Program-made: the position numbers and the translations under genes
The notes under the pieces: model-generated
What the model saw: the letters and a program-made list of their open reading frames with translations, nothing else
Database searches by the model: none
What the model was told of the DNA's origin: nothing
Shown here: positions 1 to 13,200 of the stretch, piece by piece
How positions within the stretch are numbered: the stretch's first letter is position 1
How the letters are laid out: each line of letters opens with the position of its first letter
Assembly: GCA_002269645.1 (NCBI GenBank)
Contig: NIVC01002976.1
Location: forward strand, 63,980-127,979
Reading direction: 5' to 3'
DNA length: 64,000 nt
From: Macrostomum lignano
Taxonomy: Eukaryota

Positions 1-105
1 CATCAGGGACTGCTGATGCTTGAGGTGGTGCATCAGGGACTGCGCTGATGCTTGAGGTGATGCATCAGGGACTGTGTTGATGCTTGAGGTGGTGCATCAG
101 GGACT
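1..105. repeat. 32-bp minisatellite, truncated by the window start
   Basis: About 3 copies of GCATCAGGGACTGCGCTGATGCTTGAGGTGGT; each unit contains a GCATCAG/CTGATGC dyad. Confidence 0.85.
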
Positions 106-821
106 GTCTATTTCACTGACTCACCCACCTCATAGCTTAAAGATTGCTAGGACACAGACGTCCGCAGATGGTTTGATGAGCTGAGGGACTTCCCCAACTC
201 CCTACTCAATTGTATCGACTCTACAAAGACAGCCATTTAATTAAAGTCAAAGCTAAGTGAAAAATATCCCGAATATTCTCAACCTTGCTTTGCTATCCTG
301 CAAACTCATTAATATATTGACTAACATGAACTCATCCGCTTATTGTGGGAGCTCACAAAGGGATTAAAAGCGCCATTTACTCACCGAAAAGCTGGTCACG
401 TACACACGGACTCTTTTGTACTGCGGACTGAGCGCCATTAATTGCGTTGGGCGATTAATCAGACCATGTGCAGACAGGGCTGCCGCTGCCCAGCTTCAGT
501 GCTTCTTCACCTCTTGCTTGGGAGAATCCTCGCGTTTGCTCTCCCCTGAGCAGCACTGAAGCCCGCTTGCCTTTGCCGTGGCAATCAAATCAAGAGCTGG
601 AGAGAGGAGGAGAGGTTATAGACTAGAGGCGAAATCGAGTGTTCGTTGCTAAGCTGAGGCCTCTCGACTCAAAACCCCACTCTCCACAAAGTTGGGCTTT
701 CACGCCGGAAAAAAGTCGGGGGAAATTGGTGAAATTGCTGCTTCTGCATTTTAGACTCTGGAGTACGAGTAAATTCACTTTCGAAACTTGCTCTGACGTT
801 TTAGTCTGCTGCTGTCATCTC

Positions 822-2686
<1,865 letters not shown>

Positions 2687-3253
2687 CATGATCGCATGCC
2701 TCTATGATGAAAGAGCAATTCCCGCCCCATCTCTGTAAAGACAACGAATTTGCCTTGGCTCCGATGGGTCCCACAGCAGCTGTGCAAATACGCCTGCACC
2801 AACCAGCCTCGCTTTTCAAATTCAGATTTTTCGTTAATTCATCCAATTTTAACGAGCTAAAGCTTTACTTACAAGGTATGGGGCAGCAACTCTGCATGGT
2901 AGCAAGCTTCAGGAACAAATTTCTTCTTCTAAATGCAAACTCTATCCACTTAGAAATGGTTTTTTGCGATAAAAATTTTTGTCTACTTTCCATTTAACCG
3001 CGCATAAACCGCGTGTTCGTTCGTTTTTAATCTTCTGCCCTGACGAAGATTGATTGCAGACAGACCGGCTGCCTTCTCGCCACTTCATCTGTTGACTTCC
3101 AGATCATTTAACCTTGGTTATGCTTTTCTGAGTCGTTTAATATCAACCCAGTTTTCATATTCAATAAATGTTTGCTATGCTACTGAGAGCAGTAGTGTTG
3201 ATTTGATTGTGGCGGCAAAAGGAAAGCTAATTTTTTAACTTTATTTTTTTCAG

Positions 3254-3430
3254 GCAATCGACGTCTGGATGTCCACCTGTCTCGTGTTTGTTTTCGGAGC
3301 CTTGATCGAGTACGCCATCGCCAACGTCCTGTCCAGGCAGCAGAGCGCTCTGGAGCACTGGGAGGAGCTGAGAGCCATTCTGGATAGTCAGCGGAATGCC
3401 GCTAGAAATGGCGAGGTTGCTGTTGATCAG
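3254..3430 (+). CDS. Cys-loop ligand-gated anion channel subunit (GluCl/GlyR/GABA-A-like), TM3 exon
   Basis: Acceptor ttattttttttcag|; translates AIDVWMSTCLVFVFGALIEYAIANV, a typical anion-channel M3 motif. First donor CAG|GTGGGT at 3431 is phase 0. Upstream exons were not found in the window. Confidence 0.9.
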
Positions 3431-4153
3431 GTGGGTGAGGTTGTTGTTGATCAGGTGGGTAGGGTTGTTGTTGATCAGGTGGGTGAGGTTGTTGTTGATC
3501 AGGTAGGTAGGGTTGTTGTTGATCAGGTGGGTGAGGTTGTTGTTGATCAGGTGGGTGAGTTTGTTGTTGATCAGGTGGGTGAGGTTGCTGTTGATCAGGT
3601 GGGTGAGGTTGTTGTTGATCAGGTGGGTGGGGTTGTTGTTGATCAGGTGGGTGAGTTTGTTGTTGATCAGGTGGGTGGGGTTGTTGTTGATCAGGTGAGT
3701 GAGTTTGTTGTTGATCAGGTGGGTGAGTTTGTTGTTGATCAGGTGGGTGAGTTTGTTGTTGATCAGGTGGGTGAGTTTGTTGTTGATCAGGTGGGTGGGG
3801 TTGTTGTTGATCAGGTGGGTGAGGTTGTTGTTGATCAGGTGGGTGAGTTTGTTGTTGATCAGGTGGGTGAGTTTGTTGTTGATCAGGTGGGTGGGGTTGT
3901 TGTTGATCAGGTGGGTGAGTTTGTTGTTGATCAGGTGGGTGGGGTTGTTGTTGATCAGGTGGGTGAGTTTGTTGTTGATCAGGTGGGTGAGTTTGTTGTT
4001 GATCAGGTGGGTGGGGTTGTTGTTGATCAGGTGGGTGAGGTTGTTGTTGATCAGGTGGGTGAGTTTGTTGTTGATCAGGTGGGTGGGGTTGTTGTTGATC
4101 AGGTGGGTGAGGTTGTTGTTGATCAGGTGGGTGAGGTTGTTGTTGATCAGGTG
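3414..4153 (+). repeat. 24-bp minisatellite GTGGGTGAGGTTGTTGTTGATCAG, about 31 units
   Basis: CAG|GT junctions every 24 nt from 3430 to 4150; translates as (VGEVVVDQ)n. Confidence 0.95.
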
Positions 4154-4175
4154 AGGGAAGTTGATTGTTAACCAG

Positions 4176-4733
4176 GGCCTATTAAGAGCGCACAGAATCC
4201 TCGCACCGGTTCAACAACCTCCCCAGCAGTCCTCCGCCCTCAAGGAGTCGATCCCATTGACCTACATCAATCGCCGAGCCACGGCCACCAAAGCGTCAGC
4301 AGCAGCAGCAGCAGCCGGTCCATCATCCGGTTTTTATTCGTTGGCATCGAAGGCTGAGATGTCGGAGAGCGCGGAGGACAGCAGCTGCAGCTACGGCTAC
4401 ATCAGGCAGCGTCTGGCGCAGGCCGAAGCCCGCAGCTGCAACCGGCAGCGCCAGCAGCAGCAGCAGCTGCGCAAAAAACTCGAGCCCGGCCGAGAGCCCC
4501 TGTGGAGCCAATCGAGTCAAAGCGAAGTTCGGATTGGCGCAGACTCGAGCGGCAACTGGGACGAAGCTGACGGCAACGCCGACAATGCCGACAATGATGA
4601 CAATGACGAAGACGCCGAAGAGGTGATCAGCAGCGCAGAGATGATCGACCGAATCTCCAGGGCGGCGTTCCCAATTTCGTTTGCCATGTTCAACTTGGGC
4701 TACTGGGTTTATTATATTTACATAGCGGAGTAG
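4176..4733 (+). CDS. Cys-loop channel terminal exon: M3-M4 loop and TM4
   Basis: Acceptor ttgttaaccag| is phase 0. Poly-A, poly-Q and acidic loop, then IDRISRAAFPISFAMFNLGYWVYYI (M4 motif) and stop; AATAAA at 4844. Confidence 0.9.
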   Translation, partial: GLLRAHRILAPVQQPPQQSSALKESIPLTYINRRATATKASAAAAAAGPSSGFYSLASKAEMSESAEDSSCSYGYIRQRLAQAEARSCNRQRQQQQQLRKKLEPGREPLWSQSSQSEVRIGADSSGNWDEADGNADNADNDDNDEDAEEVISSAEMIDRISRAAFPISFAMFNLGYWVYYIYIAE

Positions 4734-6388
4734 AGAAAGCCGTTGTGAGAGTCGATGCGTGGAACGCTTGAGTTTAATTTGTTATACTTTAAAACAGTGT
4801 CTAAGTCTTATAATAACAGCGTCACAACTTCAAAAAATGCGTCAATAAAAGCCACTAGTAGATCCATTACATAAAGCATGCGTGTATGATCTCGCAATAT
4901 GTCATTTTCTCTCTCCGGCTAGCTGCATGATGGATAGTGTATGCGCGCTCAGATCCGTACTGTCTTCCGTCAAAAAAGATTGCTTGCTTTGCAATATATG
5001 GTAATTGTTTAATATTTCCCCCGCGCTATTGAGAACTAACAAAGTCTGATACAATATATAATGCTACAAGTAGTATACACTGCGCATTAGCAAATACCAC
5101 TAGAAGTTTCTGAACCCTGGAGAGTATTTATATTTGGTTTAACACTGGCTGCTTTCAAATTATTGAGTGTCGGAGTTGATCAGGTTTCACTACTGGGTTG
5201 AGAGCTAAAGTATAAATTTCACCATTTTGTTTGCCACAGACAGCCGAATTCGATTTAAGATAATTGCCGGAAGCAGCTGTGCAAATAGGCTCGTACAACT
5301 TATACGAGTACATGTATTCTCTTCGTTCCTTCTTTACTCCCGGCAAAGCTCAGCCAACATTGGAAAAACTCAGAAATTGAGAGCAGAGCTCACTAAACTC
5401 AATCTGAGACCTTGTATTATGAAACCTTTTTATTCTTCTTGTCTAGCTCAAATTAGTTTTTCGTTTCCGTACTGAAAATTGGCTCAGTTGTGGTTGAAAT
5501 AATTGACTGAATGCGACTTCGGATTTTAGTGGGCAGAATTCTGCCGTACATGTAAGCTATCAACTCTTTATATTAGCCATATGGCTAGCAGCAGAGTTCC
5601 ACCAACAACCTCCATCAAAGCCACAAAATTCAATAGTGTGTTTCGACTTTCGCCGATTTTATTACAGTAAAACAATTTATTACTGAACTTCCCAATTAGA
5701 AAATAACACTCAAACAATTAATGAAAACTGAAGGATTGGGGAAATAAAACAAAATGTCAACGTCACATGGTGTCGTAAATAAGGGCGAAAAATTAATGTT
5801 CATTTGCTATACTATTGTTAATAATACCCCGTAAATATTAGCTTTGTCCCCCAACCCTGGATGCACCAAGAAAAATTCCAGTGTTACGCCACCGATGTCA
5901 CATTAAAGAAAAAGTGGAGCTCAGCCTCGGTTTTGAAATTATTGATAAAATATAGAATATATTCCGACTTAAATGCTCCGGTAAGTTACTAATTTCTTTA
6001 AAAGAATACTTAGCATTCGCTGAATTCTAAAACAAGCTACTGTTGCTATCAATAAATTGAAAGATCTGAGGTATTTTTACGGCAGATTATAACTGCCTAT
6101 GTAAATGTACGTTAGATTTCAAATTCTAAACTGTTCAACAGGCTTCAGACAGAAATATTCGAACTTCCGCGTTAAGCATTTATCGCGTCCATTTTAACAG
6201 CATTTACTTTAAAAACACACAGGCTCGCAATCTTATGTGAGATCCTGATTGATTAATTAGAGTAAATGTAAAAAAATTATATATATAGAGCTCGTTTGAA
6301 AAAAACAACTTGATTTTATCAAAAGTTTTAGTACTTATTTTCAATTTCCACTTCTCGAAATTTTACTTCTATGTTAAAAGTAAGCAAG

Positions 6389-6464
6389 GGTAAGGGGTAA
6401 AACACTACACCTGTTACCTGTTAGCCTGTTACCCCATTTTTCGGGTAGTGTTTTACCCCTTACC
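6389..6464. mobile_element. 76-bp miniature TIR element with 9-bp TSD (Merlin/MULE-like)
   Basis: Perfect 20-bp TIR GGTAAGGGGTAAAACACTAC (6389-6408 / 6445-6464), flanked by direct GTAAGCAAG (6380-6388, 6465-6473). Confidence 0.75.
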
Positions 6465-7269
6465 GTAAGCAAGCATTATTTTTAAGGCCTATAAAAGGGA
6501 ACCGCGTCACAAATCTCACGTCCTGCACAGACTTATATGTGCATTTGAAAATATTAAATGAAAAAAAGATTTTTTTTCTCATTTTCTTATTTATACTCTG
6601 TTTCTCTTTATTTTACTGTATTTCAACAGCAGGTGCATGTGCATGCTAGTATGCTACCTGTACCAGATTCTTATTCAATGAATAAGTCTTATTCATTGAA
6701 TAATATACAATGCAATGTAAAATATAAAAGTAATTTTATTGGTAAATTTCTAAACTTATAAAAATGCTTTCCATTTTATAATTTTTGTGTTATCATACTA
6801 CATAATATGAAGTCAAATTATGATGCTACAAGACAAATTAAACTATTGGATGGGAATTATTCTTGACTATTTAATCCCTTTGCCTATCAAGCTTTAAATC
6901 GCATTGTTTGTTTAAATTAAATGGTGTATGTTGAAAAACATCACCCTATGATTTATTAATGTTAGGTCAAGTATATATTTATCAATATTTAAACTTCTAT
7001 ATATTGTATTAACTGTTAGGTACAAAAATAAATATAAAATACTGTCCACATGGTTTAATTATTTATGTTGATATTTTAATCAGTGTATAACTAGTAAAAT
7101 TTAAAAATATGTTTACTTTTATACTTTTTACTTTAACTTTAACTTTACTTTATACTAAAAAGTAAAAAAAAGTTTAATTCAAAAAAATTAATCATCAGAA
7201 ATAGTACTATATTTTAGTCTGGCCTATTAACTTTCCTGCTTCTACTTCCTCATCAGTGCTGAATTTAAA

Positions 7270-10200
7270 ATGGCATCAAGCAATGATGCCGGCAGCACTG
7301 ACCAACAAGGTGACGATGTACCATTGCTGCGACATCCGCACATAGTTGTTAGCCAGAACACTGTTGATGCTGGCAGTGAGGATGCTGCAGAAAGTGCTGA
7401 TGCCACACCAGAGTCGGCAGTCTTCGAGGAACCGTCGTCGCCATCAGCACCAAAACGATGGCGCTACGTGGAGAAGGAGATCCTTGAGACCGAACAAAGC
7501 TATCTTGCCGATATGTCCAAACTTGCAGAGTCCTTCCTGATGCAGCCACTGGGCAAGGAGTTTCCCACAGAAAAGGTTTGTGAAGATCTACTGAAAATTG
7601 TCATTTAAAATCGCTTCAGTAGTGGTGATTTATCTCAGGATTGCACGGCTCAGACAAAAGTTACAATCGCTTCATTAATATCATGGGGTGATTTTTCCTC
7701 AACGTTCTATTAGAGTCTCACCTAAATCATCTGAGAGTTGACCAAAAACTATCTAAAAGATGACCCCTAGACTATCCAGGAGCCCCCCCCCCCCTAGACT
7801 ATCCAAGAGAACCCCCTAGCCTATCCATGAGAATCGCCCCTAGACTATCCAGGAGCCCCCCCCCCCTAGACTATCCAAGAGAACCCCCTAGCCTATCCAT
7901 GAGAATCGGTCCTAGACTATACATGAGAATCGACCCTACTCTATCCATGAAAATCGCCCCTAGACTAGTCATGAGAATCGCCCCTAGATTATCTATGAGA
8001 ATCGGCTCTGCCGCTCTATACTATCCATTAGAATCGCCCTAGCCTTTCAATGAGAAACGCCCCTAGACTATCCATGAGAATCGCCCCTAGACTACCCATG
8101 AGAATCGCCCCTAGACTACCCGTGAGAATCGCCCCTAGACTACCCATGAGAATCGCCCCTAGACTATCCATTAGAATCGCCCCTAGACTATCCATGAGAA
8201 TCGCCCCTAGACTACCCATGAGAATCGCCCCTAGACTACCCATGAGAATCGCCCCTAGACTATCCATGAGAATCAAAAATACCTTCAACAACCCCTGCAA
8301 AGGTGCTGCTAAACCTGAACGAAGTATGCGAAGCGTCCCGCTCTCTGCTCGCCGACTTAGAAGCGGTTGCCAATGACAACACCGACGCATCAGGCAGCAG
8401 GGACATTGGCCAGGTGTTCATCAAACACGGTGACAGAATCGCCACCGCCTACGTGCCGTTCTGCCGCGGCGTGAAGTCCGCGATCAAGAGGGCGGAGTCG
8501 CTGCAATCTCAAAGCTCGCCGCTGGCTGACAAGATCGCCGAACGGATGAACTCCTTGGCGCCCGACTCTGGGTTTCAATTGGACTCGTTCCTCATCAAAC
8601 CGCTGCAACGGATCACTCGCTACCCCCTGCTGCTCAGGGAGCTGCTCAAACAGGGCTGCCCTTATCCTCAATCTGTCAGTCAGGCTAGCGAGATCATCAC
8701 CAACACGCTTAGAAGGGTCAATGAGGAAGTTCGAGTGCACGAATTGCTGAGTCGGTTAGTTCTGAATATGCCTCTGGTGGGAATCATGTCTCAGTCACTG
8801 ATGAGAATCATGCCTCAGTCACTGATGAGAATCATGCCTCAGTCACGTCACTGATGAGAATCATGCCTCAGTCACACATGAGAATCATGCCTCAGTCACT
8901 GATGAGAATCATGCCTCAGTCACTGATGAGAATCATGCCTCAGTCACGTCACTGATGAGAATCATGCCTCAGTCACACATGAGAATCATGCCTCAGTCAC
9001 TGATGAGAATCATGTCTCAGTCACTGATGAGAATCATGCCTCAGTCACTGATGAGAATCATGCCTCAGTCACTGATGAGAATCATGCCTCAGTCACTGAT
9101 GAGAATCATGCCTCAGTCACACATGAGAATCATGCCTCAGTCACACATGAGAATCATGCTTCAGTCACACATGAGAATCATGCCTCAGTCACACATGAGA
9201 ATCATGCCTCAGTCACAGATGAATCATGCCTCAGTCAGACATGAGAATCATGCCTCAGTCACTGATGAGAATCATGCCTCAGTCACACATGAGAATCATG
9301 CCTCAGTCACAGATGAGAATCATGCCTCAGTCACTGATGAGAATCATGCCTCAGTCACTGATGAGAATCATGCCTCAGTCACACATGAGAATCATGCCTC
9401 AGTCACACATGAGAATCATGCCTCAGTCACACATGAGAATCATGCCTCAGTCACACATGAGAATCATGCTTCAGTCACACATGAGAATCATGCCTCAGTC
9501 ACACATGAGAATCATGCCTCAGTCACAGCTGAGAATCATGCGTCAGTCACTGATGAGAATCATGCGTCAGTCACAGATGAGAATCATGCGTCAGTCAATG
9601 ATGAGAATCATGCGTCAGTCACAGATGAGAATCATGCCTCAGTCACAGATGAGAATCATGCCTCAGTCACAGATGAGAATCTTGCCTCAGTCACACATGA
9701 GAATTATGTCTCAGTCACATATAGGAATCATGTCTCAGTCAATGATGAGAATCATGCCTCAATCACAGATGAGAATCATGCCTCAATCACACATGAGAAT
9801 CATGCCTCAGTCACACATGAAAATCATGCCTCAGTCACACATGAGAATCATGCCTCAGTCACACATGAGAATCATGCCTCAGTCACACATGAGAATCATG
9901 CCTCAGTCACACATGAGAATCATGCCTCAGTCACACATGAGAATCATGCCTCAGTCACACATGAGAATCATGCCTCAGTCACTGATGAGAATCATGCCTC
10001 AGTCACGTCACTGATGAGAATCATGCCTCAGTCACACATGAGAATCATGCCTCAGTCACTGATGAGAATCATGCCTCAGTCACTGATGAGAATCATGCCT
10101 CAGTCACTGATGAGAATCATGCCTCAGTCACGTCACTGATGAGAATCATGCCTCAGTCACACATGAGAATCATGCCTCAGTCACTGATGAGAATCATGCC

Positions 10201-13200
10201 TCAGTCACTGATGAGAATCATGCCTCAGTCACTGATGAGAATCATGCCTCAGTCACGTCACTGATGAGAATCATGCCTCAGTCACACATGAGAATCATGC
10301 CTCAGTCACTGATGAGAATCATGTCTCAGTCACTGATGAGAATCATGCCTCAGTCACTGATGAGAATCATGCCTCAGTCACTGATGAGAATCATGCCTCA
10401 GTCACTGATGAGAATCATGCCTCAGTCACACATGAGAATCATGTCTCAGTCACACATGAGAATCATGCCTCAGTCACACATGAGAATCATGCCTCAGTCA
10501 GACATGAGAATCATGCCTCAGTCACAGATGAATCATGCCTCAGTCACAGATGAATCATGCCTCAGTCACAGATGAATCATGCCTCAGTCACAGATGAGAA
10601 TCATGCCTCAGTCACATATGAGAATCATGCCTCACCCGCGGTTGCAGCTACCTGACCCCGGCTGACTGGCAGCAGCAGCAGCCGCAGCGAGCCCGCTGGG
10701 ACAGCCTCGTCCACACTCTGGACAAGAAAGGCGGCCGCTGGGGCACCTTCGTTCAGGAGCGCCTGTCCGGCCATGTTTCGGCCACTGCGGATCCAAAGCT
10801 GCGTCATCAGGTTGGCCGGTTCATCGCCTGCCGCCAGCTAGTCGACACGGTGCTTCAGCAGTGCGGCCGACTTGGCCGCAAGACCCAGCGCTGCGTTCAG
10901 TCTCTGGCCGCCCTGCACCGCCAGTTGGCCAACTTCTCTCCGGCCGTGGCCGCTGAAGCTCCGTGGCCGGAGGCCGCTCTCTTGGACGAAGGTGCCGACG
11001 GTCGATGGGGCCGATTCACTTCAGACGCTGAGAAGCTGGTGTTCGAGCCGTTGCGGAGTCTGCAGGACTGCTTCTCTGGTGAGCTGGGAGTGGCTGGGGG
11101 AGCTGAGGCCATGTGCAAGGACCTTTGAATGCATGGACTGGAAGAGCAGTGCTGGCGGATCCTTGAAAAGTGTCTTTGAACTCCTGAGGATTGAGTAGAT
11201 CTCCTGAACTACCTGAGGATTGAGTAGATCTCCTGAACTACCTGAGGATTGAGTAGATCTCCTGAACTACCTGAGGATTGAGTAGATCTCCTGAACTACC
11301 TGAGGATTTAGTAGACGTCTGAACTACCTGAGGATTGAGTAGATCTCCTGAACTACCTGAGGATTGAGTAGATCTCCTGAACTACCTGAGGATTTAGTAG
11401 ATGTCCTGAACTACCTGAGGATTTAGTAGATGTCCTGAACTACCTGAGGATTTAGTAGATGCCCTGAACTACCTGAGGATTGAGTAGATCTCCTAAACTA
11501 CCTGAGGATTTAGTAGATGTCCTGAACTACCTGAGGATTTAGTAGATGTCCTGAACTACCTGAGGATTTAGTAGATGTCTGAACTAACTGAGGATTTAGT
11601 AGATGTCCTGAACTACCTGAGGATTTAGTAGATGTCTGAACTAACTGAGGATTGAGTAGATGTCCTGAACTAACTGAGGATTGAGTAGATGTCCTGAACT
11701 AACTGAGGATTTAGTAGATGTCTGAACTAACTGAGGATTTAGTAGATGTCTGAACTACCTGAGGATTTAGTAGATGTCTGAACTAACTGAGGATTTAGTA
11801 GATGTCCTGAACTACCTGAGGATTTAGTAGATGTCCTGAACTACCTGAGGATTGAGTAGATGTCCTGAACTAACTGAGGATTTAGTAGATGTCTGAACTA
11901 CCTGAGGATTTAGTAGATGTTTTGTAACCCGGGTCGGCTTGGGTGCCCAGTCCCGAGTACAATATATATTATATGTGATATAACAGGCGTTGTGACGCTC
12001 TGTCTGTACTTTTATGAATACGACGAGCAGGCGTGGCGACGCTCTGCGATAATAATTCGATCCCTCTGGTGTTGTGACACTCAGAGTTCACGCTGCGGCT
12101 CGAGGTGTGGTGACACTCTCGAGTGCTTCTATTCTCTATACCGTAGGGCGTACGCAATATATATGGTAAACGGTACCGTACTACAGAAGCTATATGGTCT
12201 CCCGGCGTTATGACGCTCTGGCAAGAATTCGGCCTAGCAAGCTTCCCGGAAAGAAAGGACTCAAACAGCAGGCGGCTTACCAGTGGCCAGATGACTGTTC
12301 ACCGTTTATTATTCGCAGGTCTCAAGCGCAGTTTCCGACTTCTTCTTAATTCTCCAAGACTCTTCTCAATTAGGCTATTGTGTTTCTTTTATCGAAGTAG
12401 CTAATGTTGCTGTTTCTTTTATCAGGTCTCGCGCTTGCACTCTCTGAGCACACCAAAACACAAAAAGCACGCAGGTGGTGGGCAAGAGCCAGAGTCGCAC
12501 CATAAATAGCACCCAAACCCTGGGGCAGACGGCCCCACCGGCTAAGCTCACCAAAACAAACCACGCCGGCCCAGCCAATCAAAACCCCGCCTAAGGGGGG
12601 AGGGGCTGCACCCGCGCCAAAGCTGGCCCGGCCGCAGCCAACCAGCCCTGAGCACGGGGCAGGGGCACGGCTGGGGAGGGGCACGCGCAAAGCCCGGCCG
12701 GGGCCAGACCCTGCCACGCCCGCCAACCCCCCCAACCAGCCCCAAAGTGCAACGCGCCCTGCCAACTGACAAGGGCGCATGCACTACAGATGTCTGAACT
12801 ACCTGAGGATTTAGTAGATGTCTGAACTACCTGAGGATTTAGTAGATGCCCTGAACTACCTGAGGATTTAGTAGATGTCCTGAACTACCTGAGGATTGAG
12901 TAGATCTCCTGAACTACCTGAGGATTTAGTAGATGCCCTGAACTACCTGAGGATTTAGTAGATGTCTGAACTAACTGAGGATTTAGTAGATGTCCTGAAC
13001 TACCTGAGAATTGAGTAGATGTCCTGAACTAACTGAGGATTTAGTAGATGTCTGAACTACCTGAGGATTTAGTAGATGTCTGAACTACCTGAGGATTTAG
13101 TAGATGTCTGAACTACCTGAGGATTGAGTAGATCTCCTAAACTACCTGAGGATTTAGTAGATGTCCTGAACTACCTGAGGATTGAGTAGATCTCCTGAAC

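Noticed and set aside
380-600. Possible minus-strand exon ending MALSPQYKRVRVYVTSFS|GTGAGT (faintly SH3BGR-like)
   Set aside because: Only 18 codons and no convincing in-frame next exon; insufficient support.
5765-5898. Imperfect inverted repeat, possible MITE
   Set aside because: Short, mismatched and without a TSD.
7827-10575. MRIAPRLS / MRIMPQSH / ENHASVT ORFs
   Set aside because: They lie in introns defined by phase-compatible RhoGEF exons; products of 24-bp arrays.
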